From: Chrysomallon squamiferum
Lineage: Eukaryota; Animalia; Mollusca
Reading direction: 5' to 3'
Length of the DNA: 64,000 nucleotides
Assembly: GCA_012295275.1 (NCBI GenBank)
Contig: CM022669.1
Location: forward strand, 8,866,001-8,930,000
Below the pieces are notes generated by a model that worked only from the letters and a program-made list of their open reading frames with translations, was not told where the DNA came from and ran no database searches. The translations under genes and the position numbers were made by a program. Positions 30,458 through 45,640 of the stretch are shown here, piece after piece. Position 1 is the stretch's first letter; each line of letters opens with the position of its first letter.

Positions 30458-31302
30458 GCGCATTGGTTTTAATAAAATATTAAATAAATTTGATTGCAGC
30501 CAGAAATAATTTACTTTCAAATAATCTATTTTTCTTCTTTTTCTTTCATCCTTTTTGTGTCATTTTTGTTCAAACACAGTTGGAAAAAAAAAAATAATAA
30601 TAAAAAAAGTTATTTATTAGTAGTGTTTGAAACATTTTTTTTTTTTTTTTTTTTTTTTCATTTCACCAAAGAGCGAACATAATAATTATGTGATACAAGC
30701 ATAGTTTGATAGCGGAGTGTGTAACAATTATCTCCCTTGAAGCGATTTCTCTAACACAGGAAACCCGATTCTTCTCCTTTCGCGACTGTATTCCGATCGA
30801 TCGGGTCACACATGAACGGTTCAAATCGGATGTTTGTCGATGAAATAAAGCACGAATAATGCCGAGGCAGTTCGGCGAGCAGCAAACAACCCTTGAGACT
30901 TCTAATTCACCGCGCGCTGAAAGCCCACAAGCTCAGTGGAGTGTGTTCAACCGTGAACAAGCAGCATTATAGCCAATATTCACACCTGAAGGAGTCCGAT
31001 GACACATCGAGAGTTTTTCGAAGTCCCCTCGTTTGATTGGAGCTTCGTTAGGGAATAGTGGGCGTGGCTTAGCATTCTAATTAGGGCTGATTGAAAGCTG
31101 TGTTTCTAATAATACGTAGTTTTCTTCTTTGTTTCTGTGTATTAATTAATTAAAGGAGTAAAATGAGTAAACGAAACATTTCAGGATATCTACATTTCGT
31201 TTTACAGTTTCCAAAAGCCATACACACATCATAGTACGTATTACACAAAATAAGTATGTATAGCATATACATACACATAAGTATACGTACATAAATAAAA
31301 TC

Positions 31303-31335
<33 letters not shown>

Positions 31336-32331
31336 ATACACACCAACACACTCACACAATTATAATAATGATACGCATATATAATTGAAAGGCAACAAGT
31401 GGTGAATGTATTAACTCTTTCCTTTCGAATACTAATGAATGAATTATGTATGTATCTACAGCTGTATTATGCTATAATTCTCTCTCCTAATTTGCATGAA
31501 AATGCACGCAGCAGTGTAACGGCCATGCTATGTAAGGACGTGTCACGTTTACAATGGTCCCGCCGCATTTTTTATTTAATGCAAAACATTCGTGATGAAA
31601 ACATTTCGCACGTTTTTTTTTTTTTTTTTTTTTTTTTTTTCTCTCTCTTTCTCTCTCTTGTTCTCTCATTTAACTGCATATTTGGATCAGCTGGCTCAAA
31701 TTATCATAAAACGGAAGATTACTCGTTTAGAAACTAGTATCGAGCTTGACAATGATGCTGGTGCGGTGGTGGTGGTGGTGGGGGAGTGCGGTGTTATCAG
31801 TTATGAATGGTATATTAAATTTATATTAAGCAGTTTATTGCCTGTAAAATTAATGCGGCATTAGCTTTTAGTTTTTGTTTTTATAAATAGAAAAAAATAT
31901 ATATATATAAACATAAAAATAAAAAAAAATAACAATAAAATAAAACAGGATTATGTGAAGCGGAATTGAATGAATAGACAAAAAATATCGCGTGTTGAGG
32001 AAACGTTTCTGACACTGAAACCGAAACGAAACCGCGGTAATGGCTAATTTAAAATAACAAACAACAAAGGGTGCTGAATGGGGTCAACAACAACAACAAA
32101 CAACAACAACAACAAAACAACAACAAAACAACAAAACAATATTACTAGATGTTAGTCAAACGTTCTTCTGTAATGATCGCGTGAAAATGGAATCCACTGA
32201 CGTCACAACAATATCTACCCCAATAGCGAAAACATATTTTCATATGTAGCAGGTAAAACATAATTCGAAAAAAAACATTGGCTTGAATCGACATACATAA
32301 AATAGAAACGTAACAGCAGCAGCAAAAACAA

Positions 32332-32362
<31 letters not shown>

Positions 32363-32464
32363 AGCAGAAGCAACAACGATGTTGATGATGATACGGATGG
32401 TGATAACAATAACAACAACAACGACAGTGATGTTGATACAGATGATGATAACAATAACAACATT

Positions 32465-32555
<91 letters not shown>

Positions 32556-32980
32556 GTGATAACAGCTAAACTAAAACAAAAGAACGGATACAAATGTTCT
32601 ATTCTGCTAATGATAAATCAGTCTGTCCTGCTGATCTTAATTGTCTTATTTTTTTTTTTTTATTATTTTTTTTTTTTTTTGTTTCTCTGTTCCAAGATTT
32701 CACTCGACTGTTCTGTGTCCCACCAGGCCACATAATCAAGATCTTATGACACGACTTTGAACAATATTAATTTCACCAGTGTTCATTGATCGGGATTATT
32801 TTTTTGTGCCGACATTCCTCCCAACCCGCTGCGCATCGCAGTTTCAAACACGCACTATCACCCGCCAACAGCTGGGCCACAGTGTGAGTTTTTTAAACTG
32901 TGACCAGTCGGCAAGAAAGGTCCTGAAGTCATCAAACAACAAAACTGTACTAATATTAAAAATAATAAATAGTTGCTGTT

Positions 32981-33016
<36 letters not shown>

Positions 33017-33237
33017 TATTATTATTATTATTATTGTTATTGTTGTTGTTGTTATTAAATAATTAATTTATTATATTATATATATTTTTTTTTTTATTTT
33101 TTTATTTATTTATTTACTGAGCTTCTACAAAGATCTTTAAACCTGCAGTTTTACTAAGTCTGAATTCACTGATTAAAATATTAATTTAACACTTAAAATA
33201 TTTCAAATGAACACTTGCTTAGATTGTCCTTCTTTAG

Positions 33238-33343
33238 AATAGGTTGACTTTCATTCATTATAGTGAGATAATATATATATATATCTCACTATATATATAT
33301 ATATATATATTATCTCACTATAATGAATGAAAGTCACCCTATT
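33238..33343. repeat. Near-perfect inverted repeat centred on an (AT)n tract
   Basis: Arms aataggttgactttcattcattatagtgagataatata and tatattatctcactataatgaatgaaagtcaccctatt, with one mismatch. Confidence 0.9.
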
Positions 33344-33746
33344 TCATCGACAAGAACAGTGACAAAAATACTAATAACAGTAATAGTTGAAAGTAGTAGA
33401 AGCAGCAGCATTAGCCATAGATACATAGTAGTAGTAGCAATTGTAGTAGTTGTAGCAGTAGTCGAAGTAGTAGCAGAAGTAGTAGTAGCAATGGCTGTGC
33501 ATGTAGAAGTGGTAGTAGCTGTAGCAGGAGTGATAGAAATGTATACTTTATACACTTTTCATGGGAATGAGTCACTGTTCTGAGCGAGCGAGTCACGTGT
33601 TGAATTCATTTGAGTTAAACAAAGCAAAACCTGACAAGGGCAGATAATTAAAGGAGATCTCCAGTGAGGTAGAATTTCATTGAAAAAAAAAATAATTTAA
33701 AAATCTGTAACTGTTTGAAATAATGATTTATATGAAAAAGCAACAA

Positions 33747-33791
<45 letters not shown>

Positions 33792-34216
33792 AAGAAAAAA
33801 AAAAAAAAGAAAAAAGTTTAACTTATAAATTTAATTATTTTTTGGAAATGGAAAAGAAAATGCAGATAAAATTAATAAATAAAATTCAAAAGAGGAGGGA
33901 AAACTGGAATAAATAAATAGGTAGGAGAGAGAGAGAGAGAGAGGCAGAGCGAGAGACAGAGTCATTAACGAAAGGATAGTTTTATAGGAAGAGAGAAATT
34001 ACTAAAAATAAATAATAAATACGGAACAAATGTTTCGCGCTACAGTGTTACATTTTTTATTGCTTTTACATTTACGTCATCATGCATCATCAGCAGACGA
34101 TAAAATAAAACCGCTTGGGAACATAATCCGATTACCCACTCAGTCATATAATCTGCTGGACTCTATCAATTATTCTAGATTTCTAGTATTACTATTAGTA
34201 TTATTATTATTTATCA

Positions 34217-34289
<73 letters not shown>

Positions 34290-35070
34290 GTCTGTGTCTG
34301 TTTGTCTGTGTGTGTGTCTGTATATGTCTGTTTAGGACAGCAGGTTAACAACGGCTTTCACTTTCTGCTTTCTGCATGGAGTTCACAATTTTCGAAATTT
34401 CACCCAAAATAAACACACGTCTGATTGTCATGCAGACGAGGATTGTTATCAGACGTGACTCATGCGCACATGAGCTGTCTGTTGTCAATCAACACGTTAC
34501 TTCCACAACATAAATCCAGGCCAAAGGCAATAGAAAACTCCGCAGATAAACAAACTATTTCCACGTTAGAGATCTTGACACTTGCTCTTTGATTGGCCGT
34601 AAGGGTTATTGGTGGGTGGAGAAACGCCGGCTGTCAGTTACAGACCGAGTGTGCATACATTAACGTCATATTTTACGCGATCGCTCCGCCTACTGGTACT
34701 GGTCGTGCCTCGTTGGGTGTTAGGTGTGTGGATCTGGGGTATCGGCTATCTCCGTTCTCTAAATTAATGATGAGTTTCAGCGCTTGACCATGCCGAGTGC
34801 CATCTGTTAAAGTGAAGCTGTTAAATTCTTAATAACAATAACACAGAGTAATCATTCAAAACTTACAAATCACTTTCCAGCCCGACCCGCTTTCTAGATT
34901 GCCTTTTGATAATGCAGTTCAGAATCAATGGTGTATTGTACTGAAGATATTAGATTGTTAATCCTGACGTTATTATTATTATTAAAAAAAATATATATTA
35001 AAAAATCAGCATATATTATTAAACAAATATGCAAATAGGAATCTGAATAATAATAATGATGATAATGATG

Positions 35071-35125
<55 letters not shown>

Positions 35126-35181
35126 GTAATAATAATAATCAACAACAACAACAACAACAACAATAATAATAATTTACAAAT

Positions 35182-35600
35182 CAAATATTCCTTTTAAATG
35201 TTAGACAGCTTCATGAACGAACTAACAATAGATTTATCAAGTAATGGGTGTGTATTAGAGACTAAATAATAATATTTACAATTCTCAAATATTCCTTTTA
35301 AATGTTAGACAGCTTCATGAACGAACTAACAATATATTTCTGATATCAGTCAAAGTATATGTATTTTTATTGTATTAAATTTACCTATATTTCTATTGTA
35401 ATAAACTTGCATTCATTTCTATTGTATACATATTTCTATTGTACTAAAATTATATACGTTTATAATGTATTAAACTTACACATATTTCTATTGTACTAAA
35501 ATTATATACATTTCTAATGTGTTAAACTTACACATATTTCTATTGTATTAAATTTACACATATTTCTATTGTATAAAATTGAATACATTTCTATTGTACT
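35182..35600. repeat. Local tandem duplications (~50-nt direct repeat, then ~26-nt degenerate units)
   Basis: caaatattcctttt(t)aaatgttagacagcttcatgaacgaactaacaata at ~35182 and ~35286; atttctattgta-containing units at 35385-35600. Confidence 0.75.
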
Positions 35601-36432
35601 AAACATGTATTTTCAGTCTGACTGCTGAAGTAACAATTCTAGTATCAGATCACAACAACTGTCTTTGTTTTTCCTTTTCTCTTTTCTTTCTTTCTTTCTT
35701 TCTTTCATTTATTTATTTGTTTTTGAAAAATTTCTTCTTTTTTTTCTGCCGTTTATTTTTCTAATCTGTTTGTGATGAATTTCGGAATGCAGTCTGGCTA
35801 GCAATGTTTTGTTTACACTAATGTGAAGATAATGTGAACTGAAGACGTGAAACTTGATATCACGTAATCGTAACGCTGCAGAAACCTTTGATGGAGGCAG
35901 CCAGAGAGACACATATCTAGAATTTGTGAGATAACCGTCAGCACGGTAACTTAATCTTTGAAAATACAGCGCTGATTTATTCCCAAGTGTTTCGAATCAA
36001 CTTTCTTCCACAATCAGTACATTTGTTTGAGAAATCTAGTTATTTTAGATGATATTTTTTCTCTCTTTTTTTTTTTCTTTAAATTTTAAGAAAAAAAAAA
36101 AAAAAAAAAAAAAAAAAAACAGAAAAAGAGAATGTGATAGCTTTTGTATTTTTGTACGTCTAACGTGTGTTAATATGTTTGTATGTGTGAGTGTATATGT
36201 GTTGTATGTTTGAGTCTATAAGTGTTGTGTGTTCGAGTGTTTGTAGGTATGTTATGAATATATAAAGTAACAGACAGGAGTTTTATGTTTATTATTACAG
36301 GTAAAGAAAACAACAATGTTTACCCGAGACCCAGGTGAAGGATCGACGTTATCTTTACATAATATTTCATCTCTGCTGCTGTCATCTTCTGCCGTCAGTT
36401 TTACCCTTAAAAACACAGTGAGATAAAGAACT

Positions 36433-36490
<58 letters not shown>

Positions 36491-38638
36491 CTGACCAAAG
36501 AACAGGAGCCATCTGTGGTTTGTCAGGAGACTTGAACGTCACAGCCAATGAGAAGAGGTCTACGCTGTTTCTTGCTGATATTTTCTTTTACAGCTGATAT
36601 GAAATGTTATCTGTGAAAGTGGATACAGCTGTTGGTGGGTTTCGCCTTAGCACGACCTCGGCATGAAGGGAACCAAGATAGTAATATTAACAACAGAAAT
36701 GTTGTCATAGTAACGCGAGTGGTAGATATCTGTAAGGTGAAGGTCATTAAGCAATGGCGTTAGACAATTCTCTGAAATAAAGAATTGTCACATGAACCAA
36801 TGTTAATAGATAATAAATATATTTTGGTTTTTTTTCGAAATACAGAATTTTTCTGTTTTGTTCAGTCTGGCGTAAATAAACAGAAAATATTTACGTTCTC
36901 ACAAACTCACAAACACACACACATACACACACACTCGCACGCACACTCGTAAAAAAAACATAGTTTTCATGCTCTATATATAAAAGTTCAAGAAATTTTC
37001 ATCGTTTATATCACAATAGCAATAAACAGAACTGAATAAATCGTTAATAATAATTACTCAATGGTTACGCTCCTTTAGCGATTAAAATAGGAAAACAACG
37101 TTTATCGAAAGACAAACATAAGGTTATGTCGTAATGCTATACTTGATAAGACAGTCTATTAATATTTAACCGATTCTGTTTCATTTTTCCGATTTCCCGT
37201 CATCGTGTGGTACATAAGAGGCAGTTCAGAAGATAACTGGTGTTGGTTTTCACGTAGCAAACGATTCGCATATTTAAATAACAAATATCAAAAGCAGACG
37301 TCTGCTACGTGCCATCGATGGGCGGTGATTGATGATTGACAGCTATTGTAATAAACGAACCGGAAGAGACAAGAATGATCACATTTTGGCGGGAATTACT
37401 TTCACAGATGTTTGTGCCAAACATTTTTTTTTTTTTTTTTTTTTTTTTACCCTCTTTTCCTTCCTCGTCTCACGCGCATTTGTTGATTTAATGAACACAC
37501 GTGTTTATTCTCAGTATACTTATACACCATTCATCCGTACTCACACACGTGCATAGCAGATGCAAAAGTGTGTATCAAGATTCTGTACTCTACCTATGTG
37601 GAATAAAACCGTACGGTTGATAGACATCTATCGATAGGTGCAGTCAATGGAGCAGTCTTTTAGAATAGTGATAATAATTTGCAGAGCGTTGTAGACAGGT
37701 AAATAGATAAACACCAAAGACTATTATCTATCAGTTTAAATTTGTGTATAATTGATTTATCTATCTGTCTGTCTGTCTGTTTAACTGTCTGTCTGCCTGT
37801 ATTTCTGTCTATAGATCAATAAGAACCAGACACAAGCAACTGATTCATGGATGGATCAATGAACGGACAGATACATAGAAAGACAGGTTGATAAATGCCT
37901 AAATGGACAGACAGCTATGAGGCTAGAAGCAGGTAAATAGAAATAAATTGGGCGTATATTTATACAAAGACATTGTGATGTCAGATGTAACTGTATATTA
38001 AATAAGTTGTTAAAAAGACAAAAAGACAAGAAGAAAAAAAAAAAAAGAAAACAAGAAAGACAGAGAGACAAAAAGACAGAAAGATTAAAAACGAAAAATA
38101 CATTTAGAAAAAAAAAATGGTCCTCTCTTTCAGATTTGCCCCGTTCCTGAGATTCAGTAACAACAACAACAACAACAGTTTAACCGAAGTCAAGCGTTTT
38201 AACTTTCAAATTATATCTAACGTCTATTCATGTGTGTCAGCCGAGTCCATTTTATCCAGCAACCTGTTAGTATATCGCTAATTTATTACCAGTTATCGCG
38301 TCTACTCGGCCAAACTCGGCGATACTCGGCCCCCGCCAGACAACATCTGTTACGTATCAAAGCTGAAAGCGGTGGTTTGAAAAACAGCACCAGCGAGTTG
38401 AGTTGACGTTTCGCGTTTGTGATTTACCTTCATTTCTGTCATGATTAATATGGCAAGTTGTTCCAAACAAACAGCGTGGAGAACAATTTATTCATTAATT
38501 ATGACCTTTTTGTAGACCTCGGTATTACGTGACCCTGCTAAAGTCTGACAGCTGTTTGGATCTGTATTCCACGGGAAACTCTGCCAGATTGTTGTTAACT
38601 CTGACTGCGATTTTTATTTTACTTATTTACTTACTTTT

Positions 38639-38669
<31 letters not shown>

Positions 38670-39309
38670 TGTGCGTTTGTTTATTTATTTATTTCCTGGT
38701 GTTTTTATATATCTTTGTTTTAAAGCTTTTATTTATTAAGCATGTTTTCAAAATTCGTTAAAAATTAAAACAAACTACAATTACTGAACGTAATTAATTA
38801 ATTCATTTATATTTAATTCATGACATATTCTGTAAAATATTATTTGTGAAATACAATTTCAGTTTAAGTAATACCAACACTTCACTGGCAATAGAATCGT
38901 TGTTCTCAACGATATCTCGATTATCGCGCAGTAGTTTCATCTGCCCGTTTCACTACTCTTCTTTCATAACTGAACATCCTTTGGACTCCATCTTGTACAC
39001 GAACTGCACCTTATCATCAACTCATATCATTAGTTTGTCATGTAGAAGTTACTCTGGTATGCCAGATAATCGCAGCACAGTGAAAGATTCAAACTTCCTT
39101 TGGACTCTGTCATGTTCAGATATACAATCTGTTTTTGATGCAGCAGCTAATCTTTACAAAAACATTCCAATGTCTTACTCTAACATTTCGTTTCAACAAT
39201 GGAAAAACAAACACTGAACAAATGAAAAACATATGTGTAGTGTCACACCACATACCGCCATCGCAGTCTAAAGAAAGAATTTTTAATTTAAACCAGAATA
39301 ATGATGATG

Positions 39310-39364
<55 letters not shown>

Positions 39365-39507
39365 TAATAATAATAATAATAATAAAAATAATAATAATAA
39401 TAAATTATGTCTTACTGCTGTATCATTCATTAATTTACTGATTCATTCTCTTTTTTTGATCTTTTTCTTTCTATTTTTAAGTACCGCACATAAAGAAAGA
39501 AAGAAAG

Positions 39508-39555
<48 letters not shown>

Positions 39556-39762
39556 GTTTTGGTTTTGACACGTGTATCAGATTTGGTTGAAGAAAACTGA
39601 TATTCAACGAATTATCACCAACAGATGGCGCGCAAGTAGCACGTGATAGAAAAAAAAAGAGCGATGATGGAAGCTATCAACAGATAGTTCATAATTATTC
39701 GTGATGTTTGCTTTGATATTACTTTTGTGATAAAAAATAAAATAAAATAAAATAACATAAAA

Positions 39763-39817
<55 letters not shown>

Positions 39818-40091
39818 AAAAAATAAAAAATAAAAACTTTAAAAATGTTAATTTTTTTTATTTTATTTATTATTATTTTTTTATTTTTTAAATTATGATA
39901 AATTAAACGAACTATATGCCAATAAAGAGCGATAACTAGGTCAAACATTTATTTCACCTGTAGTAAAATTGGGCCGCCATTAACAGTCAGCAAAAATTGA
40001 AATTGTAGACGATTCATTGCTGTCAGAAAAAACAACACACCGTGAGCCATTGGGTGGATCGGGATAAAGGCCACTGATCTCTTCGAGAAAG

Positions 40092-40135
<44 letters not shown>

Positions 40136-41300
40136 CATGATAATAATAAAAAAAAAAAAAAATAACTTAAAAAAAATATACATAAACATTTTTTTTAAAG
40201 GTTTAAAATTTGCTATAAAAAAAAAACAATGAAAGAATGAAAAAAAAATAATAAACACAAATGTATAAAGAGACAATTAAAGAGAGACGATTAGAAGTGA
40301 AAGAGTAAACAGAAAAAAAAAAAAAAAGAGAATGAAATACACACAAAGAGATCAGACGAGGATTTTCAGACTATGTCGAGTTAGAAACCTGCGCGGAGTG
40401 TTTGGCCGCCAATAACACCTCTCTAGTCATCATTCAATATAAGTGACAGATCGCCTCTTTAATAAAAACTCACACAAATAAAGTCAATATTGACACGGCC
40501 ATAAGTATCATAGTTCCCAGGACCCACCTGGCGTTTTTTTTTTTTTGATCAGTGGGCGGTACCAGCGGTGTTGTCAATCAAGGTAGATGACTTGGCTACT
40601 AAGCAGCCAATGAGCTGCATCGTTATGGACGAGATAGTGACCTCGCTCTGGCTGGAGATAGAGGGACCAGTTCACCGAGGTTCGGTATTAAACGAGCGAA
40701 AAGTCACGAGGCGGATCGATCGGTTTTAATGATAACACGAAGGTGTTTAATATATCAGACGACCAGTTGTCACGAGATAAACAACCCTGATAAAAATGAC
40801 ATTTATTTTGTGCAAAGTACAGTGGGTGAAGAGAGACTGACAAAATTAATAATAACATAATAATGTCGGTAACGGTTGTTGTTGTTGTTGTTTGTATCGA
40901 CGTAACTATTCCAGTCTCCGCCTGCAAGTGTCTGTTATCAAATGTTTGCTATCAGCATCGTATCCCAGTACCAGAAAATTGGTAAAATAGATGAAAGGTC
41001 ATTATTCACATATACTACTTCGGTCTATAACAATACTTCTAACATTAAATTTAAAAAATATATACATATAAATAAAATAAAAATAAATAAATAATAATAA
41101 TAATAACAAGTGTTTACTATGAATTCTTTTTCATAGCATCTTTATTAATTTACATGACAGTAATTAATTCAAAAACACAATCTGCTTAAACTCTTTTTGG
41201 TAACGACTGCAGTTACAAATAATGTCCTTAAACAAACAAACAAACAAACATTTAATAAACATCTATATTACCAGAGAAGCATATCCCTACTTCAAACTTT

Positions 41301-41343
<43 letters not shown>

Positions 41344-41954
41344 GCCAAAGCGACACAAACACTTTAAGTCGAGGGAGACGATTTAAAACATTTCAAGATT
41401 AACAGATGACGCAGAAAATCTCGTTAACAAATGAACATTTTTTTTTTTTTTTTTTTGTAATTCTTAGACCAACGCACCGGTTTGATCTGTCTCTTGAAGT
41501 TAGCAACTCAAACTTTTCAATATGTCTCCAAATACCACTTTTATCTCGACCTGGCTGCAGTTATCACCACTATTTTATCATGTTTGCCGTGTGGCTTCCT
41601 ATTGTAAACCATTCTCATATTTACTCCTAATGTAAATAGTGTAAAGGTGAACTCCAACTTGAGTCAATATTGACTCACCAATTGTGTTTGTGCTGTCAAT
41701 TGGCTAGCCTGGGCTAAGACAAGCGTATACCACACAAACAAATGTTTGTGTACATTTGATTTATCAGGTGACAAAAACAGTTAAAACATTTTAAAATGAG
41801 AGTATGCGATTTAAAAAAAATATTAAACAAAAATTAAAAATAAACAAAATAAACAAAAAATAAATAAATAAAAATAAAAATAAAAATTTAAAATTTAAAA
41901 ATATTGAATAAATAAATAAATAAACAAATAAATAAATAAACAAATAAATAAATA

Positions 41955-41987
<33 letters not shown>

Positions 41988-42774
41988 AATAAGCAACCAA
42001 ACAAATAAATAATAAAATAAATAAATAAATTTAAAAAATCAACAGAACAAAAGATAAGATAGGTGAGAGAACAAACAACATAATTTAAAAAGCATTTTCC
42101 CATCAGCTGAACTGTCTTTTCAAAAGAATTTTCACATCTGTCATTTCTAACAATATTGCTTATACATTCTGAAACCCAAAACGTGCTGTTTTAAATATTA
42201 ATACACCTGCTTACTCGAAATAAAGAATTAAAATAACTACATAGCTTTATCCTCGTTCTACAGTGACAGAAATTATTTCAATTATCCCGTTTCTTGTGTC
42301 GTCTGCTTCGAGTTGAAACTGACAAGTGTTTGGCAGACGTTGAGAACATTTTTCAAGCCTGTGTCTGCTAAACGGGTTATTAACCTATTTGGGGGATTAT
42401 CATTATTCTCCCCCGCACTCGCGTCTTTATATTTATGGACTATTTATCTTCGGCAATGGCCGTACGAGTGTTATGTTTAAAGTCCAAAGCGGTCAGAATA
42501 CTTTACACCTCGTCTCCATTGTCTCCCCACAGCGCATCACCACGGGTGTTCGGTCTAGCCGAGATGTTTTCTGTTTTACGTATAATTCCTGCCACCCACT
42601 GTAACTGAGATCAAAACTGTTTGACCTTCTTTCAGACCTGACACGGTGTTTATTCAGAACATTGGTTCATAAACTATCACGTGACCCACCTGGTGGTGGT
42701 GGGGGGGAAATCTGTCTCATTTTCATTACTGAAGATTTTCTTCTTCTTTTAAAATAATAATGATGATGATAATG

Positions 42775-42835
<61 letters not shown>

Positions 42836-42878
42836 TAATAATAATGACAATAATAATAATAATAATAATAATAACGAT

Positions 42879-42924
<46 letters not shown>

Positions 42925-43504
42925 TAAATAAATAAATAAATAAATAAATGAAAAAGGCCTCACTTCAGATACGGCAGAAGACAGACAATCATCCAGATCT
43001 GTTACCTGTTAAATCTAACAATGGTTTAATCTAACTCGGCACGAGAAAGCAGACGATTTCTCTGCTTTGGAATAACGGCTGTTACCCGAAGTGTACCATG
43101 ACTGGCGTTCTAGAACCGTGACTGATGGCAGCACATAAATAACTGATTCCATTACGAAGCAGATGCTTATGACATGCCGTCGTCCACTGACCAACGTCTG
43201 TTTAATTATTTTTGTAATTAGTGTAATGACAGGGCGGGCTGTCACGTGAACTGAACAATAACTAACCAGGTGAAACAGCAGTCAGCAGCATCTAGCGCAA
43301 AGCGCATTAAATACCAGCTTCGGCTTTGTGCTTCCTGATCCAGATGTAAAAGTGTGTAATTGCGTGCGTGCGTGTGTGTGTGTGTGTGTGTGTGTCTGTA
43401 TCTTTATCTATCTATGTATGAGTGTACGTATGTGAGAGTGTATGAAATTACGTATGTGTAAATCTGTGTGTATACATGAGTGTTGAATCGTATTCGTACA
43501 ATAC

Positions 43505-43550
<46 letters not shown>

Positions 43551-43613
43551 GCTGCACATTTGTGTTGATATATATGTCTACCTATACCATCAACTGTCTC
43601 CATGTAAAATGTA

Positions 43614-43649
<36 letters not shown>

Positions 43650-45390
43650 ACACATATATATAGTGTGTTTGTTTTTGTTGATATATACGTGTACGTACAT
43701 TGTCAACTGTCTCCAGGTAAGAATGTAATTTCCTCAGTATTGCTTTCAGTACATTTCTCTTTCCCACCACTTACTACTTACTCTACAACATCACACTTTG
43801 AAAGATTGGTCTGAGCACTCTGCCCACACCTACTTCAGCCACACCGACACACACCACACAGCGACCAAGAGAGGTGATTTAGTGACCCTTGTGAACACCG
43901 TCGAGTACTCGAGTATTTCTTATCTTTGTGATTGTATATAAAAGATATCGCTTATGTAGCCGGTCTGAGAGGGAAATAAAATATATTTACGCTCACTCTT
44001 CAACAGGGACACACACACACACTCTCGAGAGGAATCGTTATTTCTCGCAGTTTTAGAACCACTTTGTTTCCTGTAATGGGGATAATTTGCTGAAACCATT
44101 AGCGTTAAAGATCGGAAAGTGCCGGAAAAGACCGGATAATGTCGAAGACCACTGGAATGGCTGAACATGTTGAAGTGTTTGAATAATCTGTATTTATTAA
44201 CAATTAAAATGTTTGGTTTTTTTTTTTTTTTTCATTTATTTTTTTTCATCTGCTTAATTTTTAATTCTGTGTTCTAGTTCTATTATTATTATTATTATTA
44301 GTTATACACGTACACGTACACGTACACGTACACGTACACATACACATAAATTATTTTTCGCCATTGCTCCACTTGTTGAAAACGTAGTAGAATTTGCTTT
44401 TCTTCTTGTTGAAACACAAGACAAATTTGTTTGCAGGGCGCCTCAATTTAGGTTCAGCAAATTTGGAATTTTTCGCAATCCTTTCGAGTTATTTGTCCAA
44501 GGGCGCTGACTTGTCATCATCACCAAACCAAGCACTAGAGCAGACAGAACAGGACGAAGGTCTGGCAAACACTGGCAAACACTGAACTCCACCCCCCACC
44601 CCCCACCCCTGCGCTCTCTCTCCCCCGTCTGAAACGGCACTTCTCTTTAAACGTGTCTCATTGATGGATGTTTTTTTTTTTGTGGCTATATTTGCCCCGA
44701 ACACCGAAGAAAGCGGCGCGAGGCATTGCGAGGGTTTCGTCTTAAGCGTTGAGCCAATATTTGAAGAAAGGGAACTGTTAAAACAGAAACTGTTTGCGCC
44801 CCTTGTCCTTTCACCGAACAAAGTGTTTATCGGAAACAGAGCGCACACCGCACCGTCTCTGCTGGCCGGATTCATTCAGATCCAATCTCTCGTTTAGCTG
44901 ATGAAAAACGTTTGTCAATAAAACAATCGTCAAAGATTACGTTTTGTGTCGATGTTCCCCCCCACCACCACCTCCATCAGCACACAAAGCACAGCAGCAA
45001 TAGGCCACTGTAAACAACGTCATTAATTTTCGTGAATTTGTTTTGTGTGTGTGTTTGTTGTAAATAAATAGATCTAAAATAAATAACTAAATAACTAACG
45101 AACTAAATAAATAAATAAATAAAATCTGTAACTTGTGTTATAAATTATTACTCTGTATTAAAATATCTCTTCGAACAGATGCAAATAACTATAATAATTA
45201 AAAAAAAACATTTCTATTTTTAACATCTGGTTTCAGTATACTCTTTATAAAGTTACAGTCTCTGTTGTGACGTCATTTCTATGATTTACTTGTCAACGTT
45301 TGTAGCGCAGTGACAGTTTTTGCTTGTGATATCCCAGTTGTACTTTGTGTGGTTTTGCCTTTATTTGTGTTTGTAATGTATATGTTTCGC

Positions 45391-45640
45391 TTTGTAACGT
45401 CATTATCTCTCGTTCTGCTATCCCAGTTTCTGTTTGTAATGACATACTGTCTGTAACGTCTTGCTTTCTATTTGTAACGCTCTATCCAGCTTGCAACGTT
45501 AACGTCTATATTTATAATGTCATTGTCTCTCGTTCTGCTATCCCAGTTTTTGTTTGTAATGACACATTGTCTGTAAAGTCTTGCTTTCTATTTGTAACGC
45601 TCTAACCCGTTTGTAACGTCAGCATCTTTATTTATAATGT
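45391..45640. repeat. 120-nt tandem duplication built from ~20-nt ttgtaacg-type subunits
   Basis: cgttctgctatcccagttt at 45411 and 45531; ttgctttctatttgtaacgctcta at 45461 and 45581. Confidence 0.85.
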
